A DNA stretch of 64,000 nt from Candidatus Tepidifontimicrobium thermophilum (GCA_031459915.1 JAVKHO010000014.1:1-64000); one strand, 5' to 3'; shown: positions 20,350 to 31,517, counted from the stretch's first letter. A program made the numbers and translations. The notes: generated from the sequence alone by a model not told the origin.

Positions 20350-20677
20350 AACCCCCCTCACCGGCCCCGCCTAGGACTTCCTCCACCCAGCCGAGGCCGG
20401 CGATGGCGGCCGGAAAGCCCCGGGTCGTGAGGGCCAGAAGGGCCACGTGCCGCACCTCCTCCGCGGTGGCCCCGGCCTCCAGGGCGCGCCGTACGTTCGA
20501 CCGAACGGCCCCCTCGGCCAGGGCCCCGATGGCGATCCCCAGCTTCACCAGCCGCTGGGTCTTGGCATCCAGGGGCCCCGCGGCCTCGGTGGCCGCTCCC
20601 AGGCGGTCCAGGGCTTCCGCGACCTGGGGGTACCTCCGGCGGAACCCGGTGTACACCTGCGGCAGGTACTCCGACAC
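20339..20677 (-). CDS. Carboxymuconolactone decarboxylase-family protein (no CxxC)
   Basis: GPLDAKTQRLVKLGIAIG, GATAEEV, GFPAA; GGAGG RBS. Confidence 0.85.
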   Translation of the reverse strand: MSEYLPQVYTGFRRRYPQVAEALDRLGAATEAAGPLDAKTQRLVKLGIAIGALAEGAVRSNVRRALEAGATAEEVRHVALLALTTRGFPAAIAGLGWVEEVLGGAGEGGYLT

Positions 20678-20758
20678 GGTTCTCACCTCCAACAGTGTGT
20701 TCGACACCCCCCTGCGGGATCCTGGCGAGCACCTCAAGTTAGCTCGGGGGACCTGCAC

Positions 20759-22447
20759 TCAGACCGCGGGCGCGCGCCTGGCCTCCTGTTCTTGCGTCTG
20801 CCCCGATTTCCCCCGCCAGCTGTCCTGTCTGGCGCGGAGCTCGCGGTAGTGACGCAGCTGGCGGTCCACTTCCTGCGGGGTCCAGCTGAGCTCCCGCGCC
20901 ATGAGCTCCGCGATATGTGGCGCGGCCAGGTCTGCCGCGGCGGAGTCCAGCACCGCAAGCCGCGTGTGCAGGTACAGGCAGTCAGCCAGGGTAACCGCGT
21001 ACTGCCGGCGGCACGCGTACGCCACCTCGGCGGCCAAGTGCGGCAGGCCGGGGGCCAGGCGGGCCGCCAGCTCGGGGGACTCCTCCATAATGGCCACCAC
21101 TTCCGTCGCGGCCCCACCGTAAGCGGCCAGCAGGTGCGCCCTCTGGTCCGGCTCGAAGGGGCTGCGCTCCAGCTGGGTCCGCGCCTCCTCTAGCCCCGAA
21201 GCGCCCGCCAGGGGCAGCCCGTGCGTCCTGCAGCTCCTCGGCCTGCCCTCCATCCGGGCGATGGCGTTCACGGTGTCCTCCGCCATCCTCCGGTACGTGG
21301 TGAGCTTGCCTCCCGTCACGGTGACGAGGCCGCCTTCGGAGGCCACGACCACGTGGTCTCGGCTCAAGGCGGCGGTGGATCCCGCGGGCCGGCTCACCAG
21401 CGGCCGGATACCCGCGTAGACCGCGGTCACGTCCTCCGCCCGTAGCGGGACCCCCAGGTACCGGTTGGCGTGGTCCAGGAGGTAGTCGGCGTCCGCACGG
21501 GTCACCGGCGGCTCGTCCAGGTCCCCTCCGTAGGGTTCGTCGGTGGTCCCCAGCACGAGCCTCCCCTCCCACGGGACCAGGAACGCCAGGCGGCCGTCGT
21601 CGGTCTCGGGGATCACCAGGGCCGCCGACGCCCGCACCACATGCGGGCGCAGGACCAAGTGGACGCCCTTGCTGTGCCGGATCCGCACGGGAGGCTCTCC
21701 GGCCAGGGCGGCCACCCGCTCCGCCCAGATACCTGTGGCGTTGACCACCCACCGCACGGGCACCTCGGCTGTCCGTCCGGTCAGGCGGTCCACCACCCCC
21801 ACAGCGCGGATGCGGCCACCCACGCGCTCGAACCCTACCACCTCGACGTAGTTCACCGTACAGGCGCCCAGCGCGCGGGCCGTACTCAGGACCGCCCGGG
21901 TGAGCCGCACGTCGTCCGTCTGTCCGTCCCAGTACAAGAAGGCCGCCCGCAGCCCTTCGGTCCGCAGGTCGGGGACCAGGTCGTGCACTTCCTTTACGGA
22001 CAGGCGCCGGTGCCGCAACCGGGGGTCCCGGCTGAACAGGTCGTAGGCCCACAGCCCCACCCCGACGCCCACGGGCGCCAGCGGCGCCAGCCAGCGCGGA
22101 AGCCTCATCCCCAAGGGCCTGCGCGTCCCGCGGTACAGGGGAATCAAAAACCCCAGGGGCCGGACTACGTGCGGGGCCAGCCGGAGCAGCAGCTGGCGCT
22201 CCCGAAGGGCCTCCCGCACCAGCCCCAGGTGTCCCTGCGGCAGGTAACGGACGCCGCCGTGCACCAGTCGGGTGGACCGGCTGCTGGTTCCGGAGGCGAA
22301 GTCCCGGCGCTCCACCAGGCCGACGCGGTAGCCGCGGCTGGCAGCGTCCAGCGCCACTCCGGCGCCCGTGATCCCCCCTCCCACGACCAGCACGTCCACG
22401 CCCCGGGTGAGGATCTCCAGGGCCTCCTGCCGAGAAGGGGACCGCAC
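20759..22447 (-). CDS. glpD: FAD-dependent glycerol-3-phosphate dehydrogenase
   Basis: GGGITG, DFASGTSSRSTRLVHGGVRYL, GGKLTTYR. Confidence 0.93.
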   Translation of the reverse strand: MRSPSRQEALEILTRGVDVLVVGGGITGAGVALDAASRGYRVGLVERRDFASGTSSRSTRLVHGGVRYLPQGHLGLVREALRERQLLLRLAPHVVRPLGFLIPLYRGTRRPLGMRLPRWLAPLAPVGVGVGLWAYDLFSRDPRLRHRRLSVKEVHDLVPDLRTEGLRAAFLYWDGQTDDVRLTRAVLSTARALGACTVNYVEVVGFERVGGRIRAVGVVDRLTGRTAEVPVRWVVNATGIWAERVAALAGEPPVRIRHSKGVHLVLRPHVVRASAALVIPETDDGRLAFLVPWEGRLVLGTTDEPYGGDLDEPPVTRADADYLLDHANRYLGVPLRAEDVTAVYAGIRPLVSRPAGSTAALSRDHVVVASEGGLVTVTGGKLTTYRRMAEDTVNAIARMEGRPRSCRTHGLPLAGASGLEEARTQLERSPFEPDQRAHLLAAYGGAATEVVAIMEESPELAARLAPGLPHLAAEVAYACRRQYAVTLADCLYLHTRLAVLDSAAADLAAPHIAELMARELSWTPQEVDRQLRHYRELRARQDSWRGKSGQTQEQEARRAPAV

Positions 22448-22449
22448 AG

Positions 22450-23949
22450 TTAACCCTCCAACCAGCCGAAGGTGCGCTCCACGGCCCGTAGCCAGCGCCG
22501 GTACAGGGCCTCCCGAGCTTCCGCGGGCATAGCGGGCTGCCAGCTGCGGTCCGCGGCCCAAAGGGACCGTAGCTCGTCCAGGTCCTTCCACACGCCCACC
22601 GCCAGGCCGGCGGCGTACGCGGCGCCGAGCGCCGTGGTCTCCTGCACGGCGGCCCGCACCACCGGGATCCCCAGGACGTCCGCCTGGAACTGCATCAGCA
22701 GCTGGTTGCGCACCATGCCGCCGTCCACCCGCAGGGCCGGCGGCCGGACCCCGGAATCCCGCACCATGGCCTCCAGCACCTCCCGGGTCTGGTACGCGGT
22801 AGCCTCCAAAGTGGCGCGGGCGATGTGTCCCCGGTGGGTGTGGCGGGTCAGTCCCACGATGACCCCGCGGGCGTCGCTCCTCCAGTGCGGTGCGAACAGG
22901 CCGGAGAAAGCCGGCACGAAGTACACCCCGCCGTTGTCCTCCACCGACCGGGCCAGCTCCTCCACCTCCGGGGACGTGCGGATCAGGCCCAGGTTGTCCC
23001 GGAGCCACTGCACCGCAGCCCCCGCGATGGCCACGGACCCTTCCAGGGCGTAGGCGGGCGGGCTGCCACACAGCTGGTACGCCACCGTGGTGAGGAGGCC
23101 GTGGCGGGAGGCGACCGGTTGGGGGCCGGTGTTGAGGAGCAAAAAGCAGCCGGTGCCGTAGGTGTTCTTCGCCTCGCCCGGGGAAAAACAGGTCTGTCCG
23201 AACAGGGCGGCCTGCTGATCCCCCAGGTCCGCAGCCACCAGGACCCCAGACAGTTCTTCCACCACCGCCTCGCCGTACACCTCACAGCTGGAGCGGATCT
23301 CAGGCAGCATGGCGCGCGGGATCCCGAGTTCCCGCAGGATCCCGTCGTCCCAGTCCAGGGTGTGCAGGTTCATGAGCAGCGTACGGCTGGCGTTCGTGAC
23401 GTCCGTCACGTGCACTCCACCCGCAGGCCCGCCCGTGAGCCACCACAGGAGCCACGTGTCCACGGTCCCGAACAGCAGCTCCCCCCGCTCCGCGGCCTGC
23501 TGGGCGCCGGGCGTGTGGTCCAGGATCCACCGCAGCTTCGGGCCGGAGAAGTACGTGGCCACCGGAAGCCCGGTCCTTTCCCGGAACCGATCCACCCCAC
23601 CCGTGCGGCTCAGCTCCCGGCAAAGGGTGTCGGTCCGGGTGTCCTGCCACACCACCGCGTTGGCCACCGGGCGGCCCGTGGCGCGCTCCCACACCACCGT
23701 GGTCTCCCGCTGGTTGGTCACCCCCACCGCGGCGAGGTCCCGGGGCGTGATGCCCGCCTGGCTGCACGCCCGGCGGACCACCTGCCGGGTCCGTTCCCAG
23801 ATCTCCACGGGGTCGTGCTCCACCCAGCCCGGCTGCGGGGTGATCTGGCGGTGCTCCTCCTGCGCGGAGGCCACCACGCGGCCCCGCTCGTCAAACACCA
23901 GGAAGCGGGTGCTGGAAGTCCCCTGGTCGACGGCGCCGACGTACCGCAC
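22450..23949 (-). CDS. glpK: Glycerol kinase
   Basis: [43 protein letters not shown]. Confidence 0.97.
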   Translation of the reverse strand: MRYVGAVDQGTSSTRFLVFDERGRVVASAQEEHRQITPQPGWVEHDPVEIWERTRQVVRRACSQAGITPRDLAAVGVTNQRETTVVWERATGRPVANAVVWQDTRTDTLCRELSRTGGVDRFRERTGLPVATYFSGPKLRWILDHTPGAQQAAERGELLFGTVDTWLLWWLTGGPAGGVHVTDVTNASRTLLMNLHTLDWDDGILRELGIPRAMLPEIRSSCEVYGEAVVEELSGVLVAADLGDQQAALFGQTCFSPGEAKNTYGTGCFLLLNTGPQPVASRHGLLTTVAYQLCGSPPAYALEGSVAIAGAAVQWLRDNLGLIRTSPEVEELARSVEDNGGVYFVPAFSGLFAPHWRSDARGVIVGLTRHTHRGHIARATLEATAYQTREVLEAMVRDSGVRPPALRVDGGMVRNQLLMQFQADVLGIPVVRAAVQETTALGAAYAAGLAVGVWKDLDELRSLWAADRSWQPAMPAEAREALYRRWLRAVERTFGWLEG

Positions 23950-24876
23950 CTACTTCTCCGTCTCCGTGAGCCCCTGCACGAACCACCGCTGCATGGCCAC
24001 GATCACCACCGTGGGGGGCAGGAGGGCCAGCAGGGCGCTGGCCATGATCACCGGCCAGTCCACCAGGGCCTCTCCGGTGCCGATCATCTTCGTGATGGCC
24101 ACCACCACCACTTCCTTTTCCAGCGAGGTGGTCACCAGCAGGGGCCACAGGTACTGGTTCCAGCCGTAGATGAACAGGACCACGAACAGCGCGGCCACGG
24201 TGGTGCGGGAGACCGGGAGGAGCACGCTCCACAGGAAGCGCAGCGGCCCCGCCCCGTCGATCTTGGCCGCGTCCACCAGCTCGTCGGGGACCGTGAGGAA
24301 GAACTGCCGGAACAGCAACGTCCCGGTGGCGGACACGGTGAGGGGCACGATCAGGCCGGTGTACGTGTTCACCAGCCCCAGGTCGGAGGCTACCTTGTAC
24401 GTGGGGATGATCCGAACTTCCACCGGCAGCATCAGGGTCAGGAAGATGAGCCAGAAGGCCGGGGCCCGCCAGCGAAAGTCGAAGAACACGATGCCGTACG
24501 CGGACAGCAGGGACAGCGCGATCTTCCCCAGGGCGATCCCCAGGGCCACCACCAGGCTGTTCAGCATGGCCCGCGCCATGGGGATCCCGCGGATCCGCTC
24601 CCCGGTACCGGCGACGAACGCCTTCCAGTAGTTCTCCGCCGCGTGGGGTCCGGGCAGCAACCGGAGGGTCCCCGAGGTGACCTCCGGCAGGTCCGCGGTG
24701 GAGGCCACGAAGGCCACGTAGACCGGGAACACGAACAGCGCCACCCCCGCCAGCAGCACCACGTGGGCGGGGAGAAAACGCAGCCCCCGGCGGACCCGCC
24801 ACCGCAGGCTTCCGGCCAGCGGTGCGGGGACCGCCACGGCACCGGTCGGGTTGGGAGCGCGTCCGAAGCCCCTCAT
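23950..24876 (-). CDS. ugpE: sn-glycerol-3-phosphate ABC permease
   Basis: LMLPVEVRI.PT, LFRQFFLTVP, WNQYLWP, GLTETEK C-terminus. Confidence 0.9.
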   Translation of the reverse strand: MRGFGRAPNPTGAVAVPAPLAGSLRWRVRRGLRFLPAHVVLLAGVALFVFPVYVAFVASTADLPEVTSGTLRLLPGPHAAENYWKAFVAGTGERIRGIPMARAMLNSLVVALGIALGKIALSLLSAYGIVFFDFRWRAPAFWLIFLTLMLPVEVRIIPTYKVASDLGLVNTYTGLIVPLTVSATGTLLFRQFFLTVPDELVDAAKIDGAGPLRFLWSVLLPVSRTTVAALFVVLFIYGWNQYLWPLLVTTSLEKEVVVVAITKMIGTGEALVDWPVIMASALLALLPPTVVIVAMQRWFVQGLTETEK

Positions 24877-25754
24877 GCGTAGTGCACCCGGCGCTCCAGG
24901 AACCGGAACTGGAAGCTGGTGAGGACAACCGCGAGGACCAGCAGGATCACCGACTGGGCGCTGGACGAACCCAGGTTCAGATTGACCACGCCGTCCACGT
25001 ACACCTTGTAGATGAGGGTCTCCGTGGCCTTGCCGGGCCCTCCCTTGGTCAGGGCGTGGATCACCGCGAAGGTGTCGAACAGGGCGTACAGGGCGTTCAC
25101 CACCAGGAGGAAGAAGGTGGTGGGGGCCAAAAGCGGCAGGGTCACCTGGCGGAAACTCTGGAACCACGTGGCTCCGTCCACCTGCGCGGCCTCGTGCAAG
25201 GAGCTGGGGATGGACTGCAGGCCCGCCAGGAAGAACACGAAGTTGTAGGCCACCCGGGACCACACGGACGCCACCACGACCAGCAGCAGGGCGTGGCTGC
25301 CGTTCAGGGTGTAATCCCAGCCCACGCCTGACCGCACCAGGGCGCGGCCGACGATCCCCACGCTGGGGTGGGCCAGGAAAAGCCAGAGGGCGGCGGCCAC
25401 CGCGGGGGCCACCGCGTACGGCCAGACCAGCAGCGTCCGGTACACCTGCACGCCCCGCAGAGGCTGTGCCGCCGCAGCAGCCAGGACCAGGCCCAGCAGC
25501 ATCGCGCCGGCCACCACCGCGCCGGAGAACAGCACCGTCACCCGCACCGCGTTCCCGTACAGGGGATCCCCGAGCACCGAGGCGAAGTTCGCCAGCCCGG
25601 CAAACGACGTCCGCAGCCCGAAGGGGTCCTGGATCAGGAAGGACTGGTAGATGCCCTGCAGGGCCGGCCAGTAGAAGAACACCAGGGTGAGCAGCAGCTG
25701 CGGCGCCACCAGCAGGTACGGCAGGAACGGCGCCCGGAAGAGCGACCTCCGCAC
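24873..25754 (-). CDS. ugpA: sn-glycerol-3-phosphate ABC permease
   Basis: PYLLVAPQL, DPFG, WPYAVAPA, LQSIP, SSAQSVIL, ERRVHY. Confidence 0.92.
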   Translation of the reverse strand: MRRSLFRAPFLPYLLVAPQLLLTLVFFYWPALQGIYQSFLIQDPFGLRTSFAGLANFASVLGDPLYGNAVRVTVLFSGAVVAGAMLLGLVLAAAAAQPLRGVQVYRTLLVWPYAVAPAVAAALWLFLAHPSVGIVGRALVRSGVGWDYTLNGSHALLLVVVASVWSRVAYNFVFFLAGLQSIPSSLHEAAQVDGATWFQSFRQVTLPLLAPTTFFLLVVNALYALFDTFAVIHALTKGGPGKATETLIYKVYVDGVVNLNLGSSSAQSVILLVLAVVLTSFQFRFLERRVHYA

Positions 25755-25755
25755 C

Positions 25756-26541
25756 TCACGCCCTCCCCTTCGCCGCTCCCGGACTGCGAAAGGCCTGCAG
25801 GATCCGGTCTGGGAAGTCGGTGGCCACGCAGTCCTCCGGGTGAGCGCCCAGCCCCGCCTGCCACAGCCACAGGGCCCGGCCCGGGTCGTTCACCGTCCAC
25901 GCGTACACGCCGACCCCGTGGCCGTGGAGAGCCTCCAAACGCTGGGAGGTGACCGCCGGGTGGTGCGCGCCCCACACCTGAGCCTGCCGGAGCCGGACGA
26001 ACTCCAAGGGGTCGGTGGGGTCCAGGGCGTCCTGCAGGGCCACGAGCGCCACCTCCGGCCGCACCTCCCGGGCCCCCAGCAGAGGTTCGGCCCAAAACGA
26101 GGCCAGGCGGACGCGCTCCACCAGGCCCCAGCGGTCCACGAGGTCCACGACCTCCTGTGCCAGCCGCTTCCCCTCCTCCCCCTGCTCCTTAACCTCCACG
26201 TACGCGCCGGCGTCTGGGTGCTGGGCCAGCAACCCCAGCAGCTGTTCGAGAGACGGAACCCGTTCGCCGCGGTAGGCGCTGGAAAACCAGCTGCCCGCGT
26301 CCAGCTCACGGAGCTGGACGAAGCTGAACTGGCGCACGGCTCCGTGTCCGTCCGTGGTCCGGTCCACGGTGTCGTCGTGCACCAGCACCGGGACTCGGTC
26401 CGCGGTGTATCGGACATCCACCTCCACCCACCGGATCCCCAGCTGCAGGGCCTGGCGGCAGGCCGCCAGGGTGTTCTCGGGGGCCAGCCCCGCGCCCCCA
26501 CGGTGCGCGCAGACGCGGGGCTGGGCCCGTGGCTGCGTCAT
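25756..26541 (-). CDS. ugpQ: Glycerophosphodiester phosphodiesterase
   Basis: AHRG..PENT, EVDV, HDDTVDRTT, WTVND, TDFP. Confidence 0.88.
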   Translation of the reverse strand: MTQPRAQPRVCAHRGGAGLAPENTLAACRQALQLGIRWVEVDVRYTADRVPVLVHDDTVDRTTDGHGAVRQFSFVQLRELDAGSWFSSAYRGERVPSLEQLLGLLAQHPDAGAYVEVKEQGEEGKRLAQEVVDLVDRWGLVERVRLASFWAEPLLGAREVRPEVALVALQDALDPTDPLEFVRLRQAQVWGAHHPAVTSQRLEALHGHGVGVYAWTVNDPGRALWLWQAGLGAHPEDCVATDFPDRILQAFRSPGAAKGRA

Positions 26542-27884
26542 CGGCCTGCGGTTCTCTGGAACTGCCGGAGCACTTCGTTGCCCCGCCGCACCGCGGCGTC
26601 CAGGGCCGCCTTGGGAGACTGCTGTCCCTGCAGGGCCCGTTCGACCTCTTCGTACAGGATGGTCCGGATCTCCGGCATGTTGCCCAGCCGGATCCCCTTG
26701 GAGTTCGCCGTGGGCCGGGTCCGGGTCAGCTGCTGGATGGGGATCTCCGCCCAAGGGTTCCGCTGGTAGTACCCGAGGGCCCTGGCCCGCTGGATGGCGG
26801 TGAAGGTGATGGGGATGTAGCCGGTCTCCATGTGCCACTTAGCAGAGACCTCCGGGCTGCTGAGGTACCGGAAGAACTCCGCCACCGCCTTGTACTCCTC
26901 CGGGGTGCGGCGCGGGGAGGTCATCACCCACAGGGACGCCCCACCGATGATGGAGTTCTTAGGTGCCCCCTTCACGTCGTCGTAGTAGGGCAAGAAGCCC
27001 ACGCCCCACTCGAAGCGCGCTTCCCGCTGGTACCGGGCGAACAGTGCGGAGGACGCCGTCAGCATGGCGCACTCCCCTGAGGGGCCCAGGGCATCGCCTG
27101 CGGCGTCCCGGCCACCGTACTTGAACAGGCCTTCCCGCTGCATCTGCACGATGTTCTCCAGGTGCCTCACGTACAGGGGGGCGTTGACCAAGAGCTGCGC
27201 GTCCGTCCCATCGAAGCCGTTGGCCCGGGTGGCGAACGGGACGTCGTGGATGGCCCCGAAGTTCTCAAAGTGGATCCAGGTGGGCCACGCAGTGGACCAG
27301 CCGCACGGCGCCGCGTTGCTGGCCCGGATGCGCTGCGCCGCCTCCCGGAGCTCTGCCCAGGTTCGTGGCGGGCGCTCCGGGTTCAGCCCGGCTCGGCGGA
27401 AGGCGTCCTTGTTGTACCACAGGACCGGGGTGGAGCTGTTGAAGGGCATGGACACCATGCGCCCGTCCGGCGTGCTGTAGTACCCGCGCACCGCGGGCAG
27501 GTAGACGCTGGGGTCGAACGGGGTCCTGGTCTCCTGCATCAGCTCGTACACCGGCTTGATGGCGCCTCGGGCCGCCATCATGGTGGCGGTGCCCACCTCG
27601 AACATCTGGACGATGTGGGGCGCGTTGCCCGCCCGGAAGGCCGCGATGGCCGCCACCATGGTCTCCGGGTAGGACCCCTTGAAGGTGGCGTTCACCCGGT
27701 AGTTGGCCTGGCTGGCGTTGAACCCGCTCACGATGCTCTCCAACGCCTCGCCCAGCGGACCCCGCAGGGCGTGCCAGAACTCCACCTGGACCCGTGGGGC
27801 CTGCGCACGCCCGGCAGCGGCCCCCAGGACCAGCAACAGGGCGACTGCCGCCGCGCAGACGGCGCCCCGGTTCAACCGGCTCAT
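26538..27884 (-). CDS. ugpB: sn-glycerol-3-phosphate ABC substrate-binding protein
   Basis: FWHA, QMFEVGTATMM, PFNSSTP, IIGGASLW, TGYIP; signal peptide. Confidence 0.92.
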   Translation of the reverse strand: MSRLNRGAVCAAAVALLLVLGAAAGRAQAPRVQVEFWHALRGPLGEALESIVSGFNASQANYRVNATFKGSYPETMVAAIAAFRAGNAPHIVQMFEVGTATMMAARGAIKPVYELMQETRTPFDPSVYLPAVRGYYSTPDGRMVSMPFNSSTPVLWYNKDAFRRAGLNPERPPRTWAELREAAQRIRASNAAPCGWSTAWPTWIHFENFGAIHDVPFATRANGFDGTDAQLLVNAPLYVRHLENIVQMQREGLFKYGGRDAAGDALGPSGECAMLTASSALFARYQREARFEWGVGFLPYYDDVKGAPKNSIIGGASLWVMTSPRRTPEEYKAVAEFFRYLSSPEVSAKWHMETGYIPITFTAIQRARALGYYQRNPWAEIPIQQLTRTRPTANSKGIRLGNMPEIRTILYEEVERALQGQQSPKAALDAAVRRGNEVLRQFQRTAGR

Positions 27885-28732
27885 GACCTCACCTCCTGTT
27901 GTGTTTGCTCCCGTCCGGTACCGAGTCGTTCGAACCCCTCCGGGAGGACGTCCGCGAGGCTGTCGAGGACGAACTCGGGCGGTTCCGGACACCGCGCCAC
28001 CATCTCCCGCGTCGTGGCCCCGGTCAGTACCACGGCGGTGGCGCTGCCCATGGCCCGGCCCAAGGCCACGTCCGTCTCCAGCCGGTCACCCACCACCAGG
28101 GTGTCTTCCGGCCGTGTCCCCAGGTGCTCCAACAGAACCCGCGCCATGATGGACGAGGGCTTCCCCACCACCTCCTCGAGGGCCCGTCCCGTGGCGGCCT
28201 CCAGGGCCGCCACCACGGCGCCCGCGTCCGGGAGGCCGCCGTCCGGCGTGGGGCAGTACGGGTCGCGGTTGGTAGCGATGAACCGCGCGCCCCGCCGCAG
28301 GGCGTCGAACCCGATCTTCAGCTTGCGGTAGTCAAAGGTACGGTCGAAGCACGCCACCACGTAGTCCACCTGGTCGGGGTCCTCCACCAAGGAGAATCCC
28401 GCCGCCCGGAGCTCCCGCTTCACGGAGTCCTCGCCGATGACGAACAGCCGCGAACCGGGCGCGGTGGCCGCCAGGTGCTGGACCAACACCATGGAGGAGT
28501 TGATCACGTCCTCCGGCTGCGTGGGGATCCCCAGGCGAGTGAGCTTGGCCGCGTAGTCGTCCCGCGTGTACAGGGGGTTGTTGGAGAGGAACACCACCCG
28601 GGCCCCGACCCCCCGCAACGCCGCGATGGCGCGGTCCGCGCCGGGCAACAGGCGGTCCCCCAGGTACACCGTCCCGTCGAGATCCACGGCGTAGCCACGG
28701 TAGACGCGGTCGGGCCGGGACCGGGGCCTCAT
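27881..28732 (-). CDS. HAD-IIA (NagD-family) phosphatase
   Basis: DLDGT, SNN, ATNRD, GKPS, GDRLETD. Confidence 0.9.
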   Translation of the reverse strand: MRPRSRPDRVYRGYAVDLDGTVYLGDRLLPGADRAIAALRGVGARVVFLSNNPLYTRDDYAAKLTRLGIPTQPEDVINSSMVLVQHLAATAPGSRLFVIGEDSVKRELRAAGFSLVEDPDQVDYVVACFDRTFDYRKLKIGFDALRRGARFIATNRDPYCPTPDGGLPDAGAVVAALEAATGRALEEVVGKPSSIMARVLLEHLGTRPEDTLVVGDRLETDVALGRAMGSATAVVLTGATTREMVARCPEPPEFVLDSLADVLPEGFERLGTGREQTQQEVRS

Positions 28733-30447
28733 CCGCCGCCGCTCCCGAACAGCCCTCCGAGCCGCGCTCCCGTGAGGCGGTAGATGGCGTACAGGATAAC
28801 CGCCGACAGCGTGACCAGCACCACGCCCAGGGCGGCAGCCTGCCCGAAGGTCCCGGAGGTGTAGAAGGTGAAGATGCCCACGGTGATCGTCTCCCACCCC
28901 GGCAGCACCAGGAGGATGGTGGCCGCGGCCTCCTGCAGCGCAAACAGCAGGGAGAACAGCGCGCCCGCCACCACGCCGCGCCAGATCAGGGGCAAGGACA
29001 CGTCGAAGAACGTGCGGAGGCTGGAAGCGCCCACGCTGGCCGCAGCCTCCTCCATGGCCCGGTGCACCGTGAGCAGGGACGCGAAGGTGGCGCGCACCGT
29101 GTACGGCATCCGGCGGACCGCCAGCACCAGCGGCATCACGAACCACGACCGGGTGAGGGTGATCCCCGCCAGGGGTGCGTGGAAAGCCCGCAGGTAGGCG
29201 ATTCCCACCGCCGTCCCCGGCAGCGCCAGCACCAGGGTCACCACCGAGTCCACCAGCTCCCGGCCTGGAAGGGAGGTCCGGGCCAGCATCCAGCCGATGG
29301 ACACGCCCAGCACCAGGATCAGGGCCACCGCCACGGCGCCCCACCGGAGGCTGTTCACCACGTAGGTGGGCGTGAGGTGCAGGACCTGGTCGAAGTGCTC
29401 CAGGGTGAACCGCGTGGGGAACGGGGTCAGGGACCACGCCTTCCCGAAGGCCGCCAGCAGCAGTCCCAGGTGGGGAAGGAACGCCAGCCCGAGCACGGCG
29501 GCGAACAGGGCGGGTGCGATCAGCCGCCACGCGCCCCGGAGGGGCCGGCGCTCCACCGCGCGGTACGAAACCACCGCGTACTCCCGCATGGCCACTGCCC
29601 GCCGGGCAACCACCAGAAAGCCCACGGCCATGAGGGACATGAGGGCCCCCACCACCAGTCCCATGCGGAAAAGCCGGCGGTCCACGAACTGAACGATGTT
29701 CAGGTAGGCCTGGGCCGCCAGCAGGTCCTGCATCCCCACCACCAGGGGCGTGGCAAAGTCCGCGAAGGACAGGATAAACACCAGGGTCGCGCCCGAGACC
29801 AAGCCGGGTGTCAGCAGCGGTAACGTGATGTCCCGCACCCTGCGCAAACCCCGGGACCCCATGGCCTCCGCAGCCTCCTCGAGGGAGGCGTCCACCTTCG
29901 TGAGGGCGTCCACCACGTTCAGGGTCACCAGGGGGAAGTAGTGCAGGACCATGGCCAGGAGGACCCCGTGCCAGCCGTACAGGAAGTTCACCGGCCGGGG
30001 CAGCCCGAGGTAGTCCATCAGGAGCACGTTGACAGTGCCCGCGCGGCCGAGGACGAATACCAGGCCCATGATGCCCACCAGGGGAGGCATGACGATGGGC
30101 AGCACCGTGAGGTAGGACCACAGCTCGCGGCCCGGGAAGTCGTACCGTACCAGCAGGAACGCGGCCGGCAGTCCCAGGGCGAGGCAGCCCACCACGGTCC
30201 CGCCCGCGACCCACAAGGAGTTCACCAGAGCTTTCCGGTAGAAGGGGTCCCCCGCGAACTGCGCCAGGTAGTTCACGGTGAAGCGGCCTCCCTCGTCCGT
30301 GACCGCCTCCGCCAGGAGGCGGACCAAGGGATAGACCACGAACAGCAGGAGGAACGTGTACACCGGCGCAGCCCAGAGCCAGCCCGGCAACCGCCAGCGG
30401 GGCCGTGCGCGCGGCCAGGCAGCCTCCCGGGCCACTTCCACGCTCAC
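28729..30447 (-). CDS. Fe3+/Afu-type ABC permease (double permease domain)
   Basis: Two EAA loops (LEEAAEAMG, MEEAAASVG), DFATP. Confidence 0.88.
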   Translation of the reverse strand: MSVEVAREAAWPRARPRWRLPGWLWAAPVYTFLLLFVVYPLVRLLAEAVTDEGGRFTVNYLAQFAGDPFYRKALVNSLWVAGGTVVGCLALGLPAAFLLVRYDFPGRELWSYLTVLPIVMPPLVGIMGLVFVLGRAGTVNVLLMDYLGLPRPVNFLYGWHGVLLAMVLHYFPLVTLNVVDALTKVDASLEEAAEAMGSRGLRRVRDITLPLLTPGLVSGATLVFILSFADFATPLVVGMQDLLAAQAYLNIVQFVDRRLFRMGLVVGALMSLMAVGFLVVARRAVAMREYAVVSYRAVERRPLRGAWRLIAPALFAAVLGLAFLPHLGLLLAAFGKAWSLTPFPTRFTLEHFDQVLHLTPTYVVNSLRWGAVAVALILVLGVSIGWMLARTSLPGRELVDSVVTLVLALPGTAVGIAYLRAFHAPLAGITLTRSWFVMPLVLAVRRMPYTVRATFASLLTVHRAMEEAAASVGASSLRTFFDVSLPLIWRGVVAGALFSLLFALQEAAATILLVLPGWETITVGIFTFYTSGTFGQAAALGVVLVTLSAVILYAIYRLTGARLGGLFGSGGG

Positions 30448-31517
30448 GGGGCCTCCTCCGGAAACACCAGCGCCGACTCGGGATGGAAGCTGACCACGGT
30501 CCGCTGGCCCGGACTCAGGACGGGGTGGCCCTTGGGGTTGTGGACGTCCACCAGCAGGACCCGTCCCCCTTCCACCTCCACTTCGTAGCGGAGGAGAGAG
30601 CCCAAGTACTGCGACAGGGCCACTCTTCCGGGTACCCCCACGTCCCCGGGCGTCCCGTCGGAGATGCGGAGGGCTTCCGGCCGCACCGCCAGCACCGCCC
30701 GCGCCCCGGGGTGCAGGGGAGCCGCGGCGCGCCCGCGCAGCACACCCGCGGGAGTAGCGAGTTCCACCCACCCGTCCCGCAGGCCCGCAACGGTCCCCGG
30801 CAGGAGGTTGTTGGTCCCCACGAAGTCCGCCACGAACAGGTCCGCGGGTCGCTCGTACAGCTCCACGGGTGTGCCCACCTGCGCCACCCGTCCGTCCCGC
30901 ATCACCGCGATACGGTCGGAGATCACCATGGCCTCTTCCTGGTCGTGGGTCACGTAGACGGTGGTGATCCGGAGCTCCTGCTGCAGCCGGCGGATCTCGC
31001 TGCGCAGCCGGGCACGGACCTTGGCGTCCAGGTTCGAGAGCGGCTCGTCCAGCAGCAACAGGCGCGGGTTGAGGACCAAGGCCCGGGCCACGGCCACCCG
31101 CTGCTGCTGTCCCCCGGACAGCTGCCCGGGTGTACGGTCCTCCAACCCCAGAAGGCCTACCTGCTGCAGGACCTCCTCCACCCGGCGGCGGACCTCCGCA
31201 GCCGGCAGCCGTCTGAGCCGTAGGCCGTAGGCGACGTTGTCGAACACCGTCATGTGCGGCCAGAGGGCGTAGTTCTGGAATACGATACCCACCCCGCGCT
31301 CCGCGGGCGGAACGCCGCGGACGGATACGTCGTCGAAGTACACCTCGCCCTCGTCGGGGTCCACGAAGCCCGCGAGGATGCGCAGGGTGGTGGTCTTCCC
31401 ACACCCCGACGGTCCCAGGAGGGTGAACAGCTCGCCCTCCCGGATCTCGAGACTGACCCCGGCCAGGGCTACGGTGGCCCCGAACCGCTTGACTACGCCC
31501 TCCAGCCGGACCCGCAT
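30444..31517 (-). CDS. ABC ATPase (FbpC/PotA/AfuC type) with TOBE domain
   Basis: GPSGCGKT, FQNYALWPHM, LSGGQQQR, DEPLSNLD. Confidence 0.92.
   Translation of the reverse strand: MRVRLEGVVKRFGATVALAGVSLEIREGELFTLLGPSGCGKTTTLRILAGFVDPDEGEVYFDDVSVRGVPPAERGVGIVFQNYALWPHMTVFDNVAYGLRLRRLPAAEVRRRVEEVLQQVGLLGLEDRTPGQLSGGQQQRVAVARALVLNPRLLLLDEPLSNLDAKVRARLRSEIRRLQQELRITTVYVTHDQEEAMVISDRIAVMRDGRVAQVGTPVELYERPADLFVADFVGTNNLLPGTVAGLRDGWVELATPAGVLRGRAAAPLHPGARAVLAVRPEALRISDGTPGDVGVPGRVALSQYLGSLLRYEVEVEGGRVLLVDVHNPKGHPVLSPGQRTVVSFHPESALVFPEEAP

Noticed and set aside
20320..20350. Resemblance to loxP (possible engineered site)
   Set aside because: Fits the asymmetric 11-6-11 dif layout, not the 13-8-13 loxP palindrome
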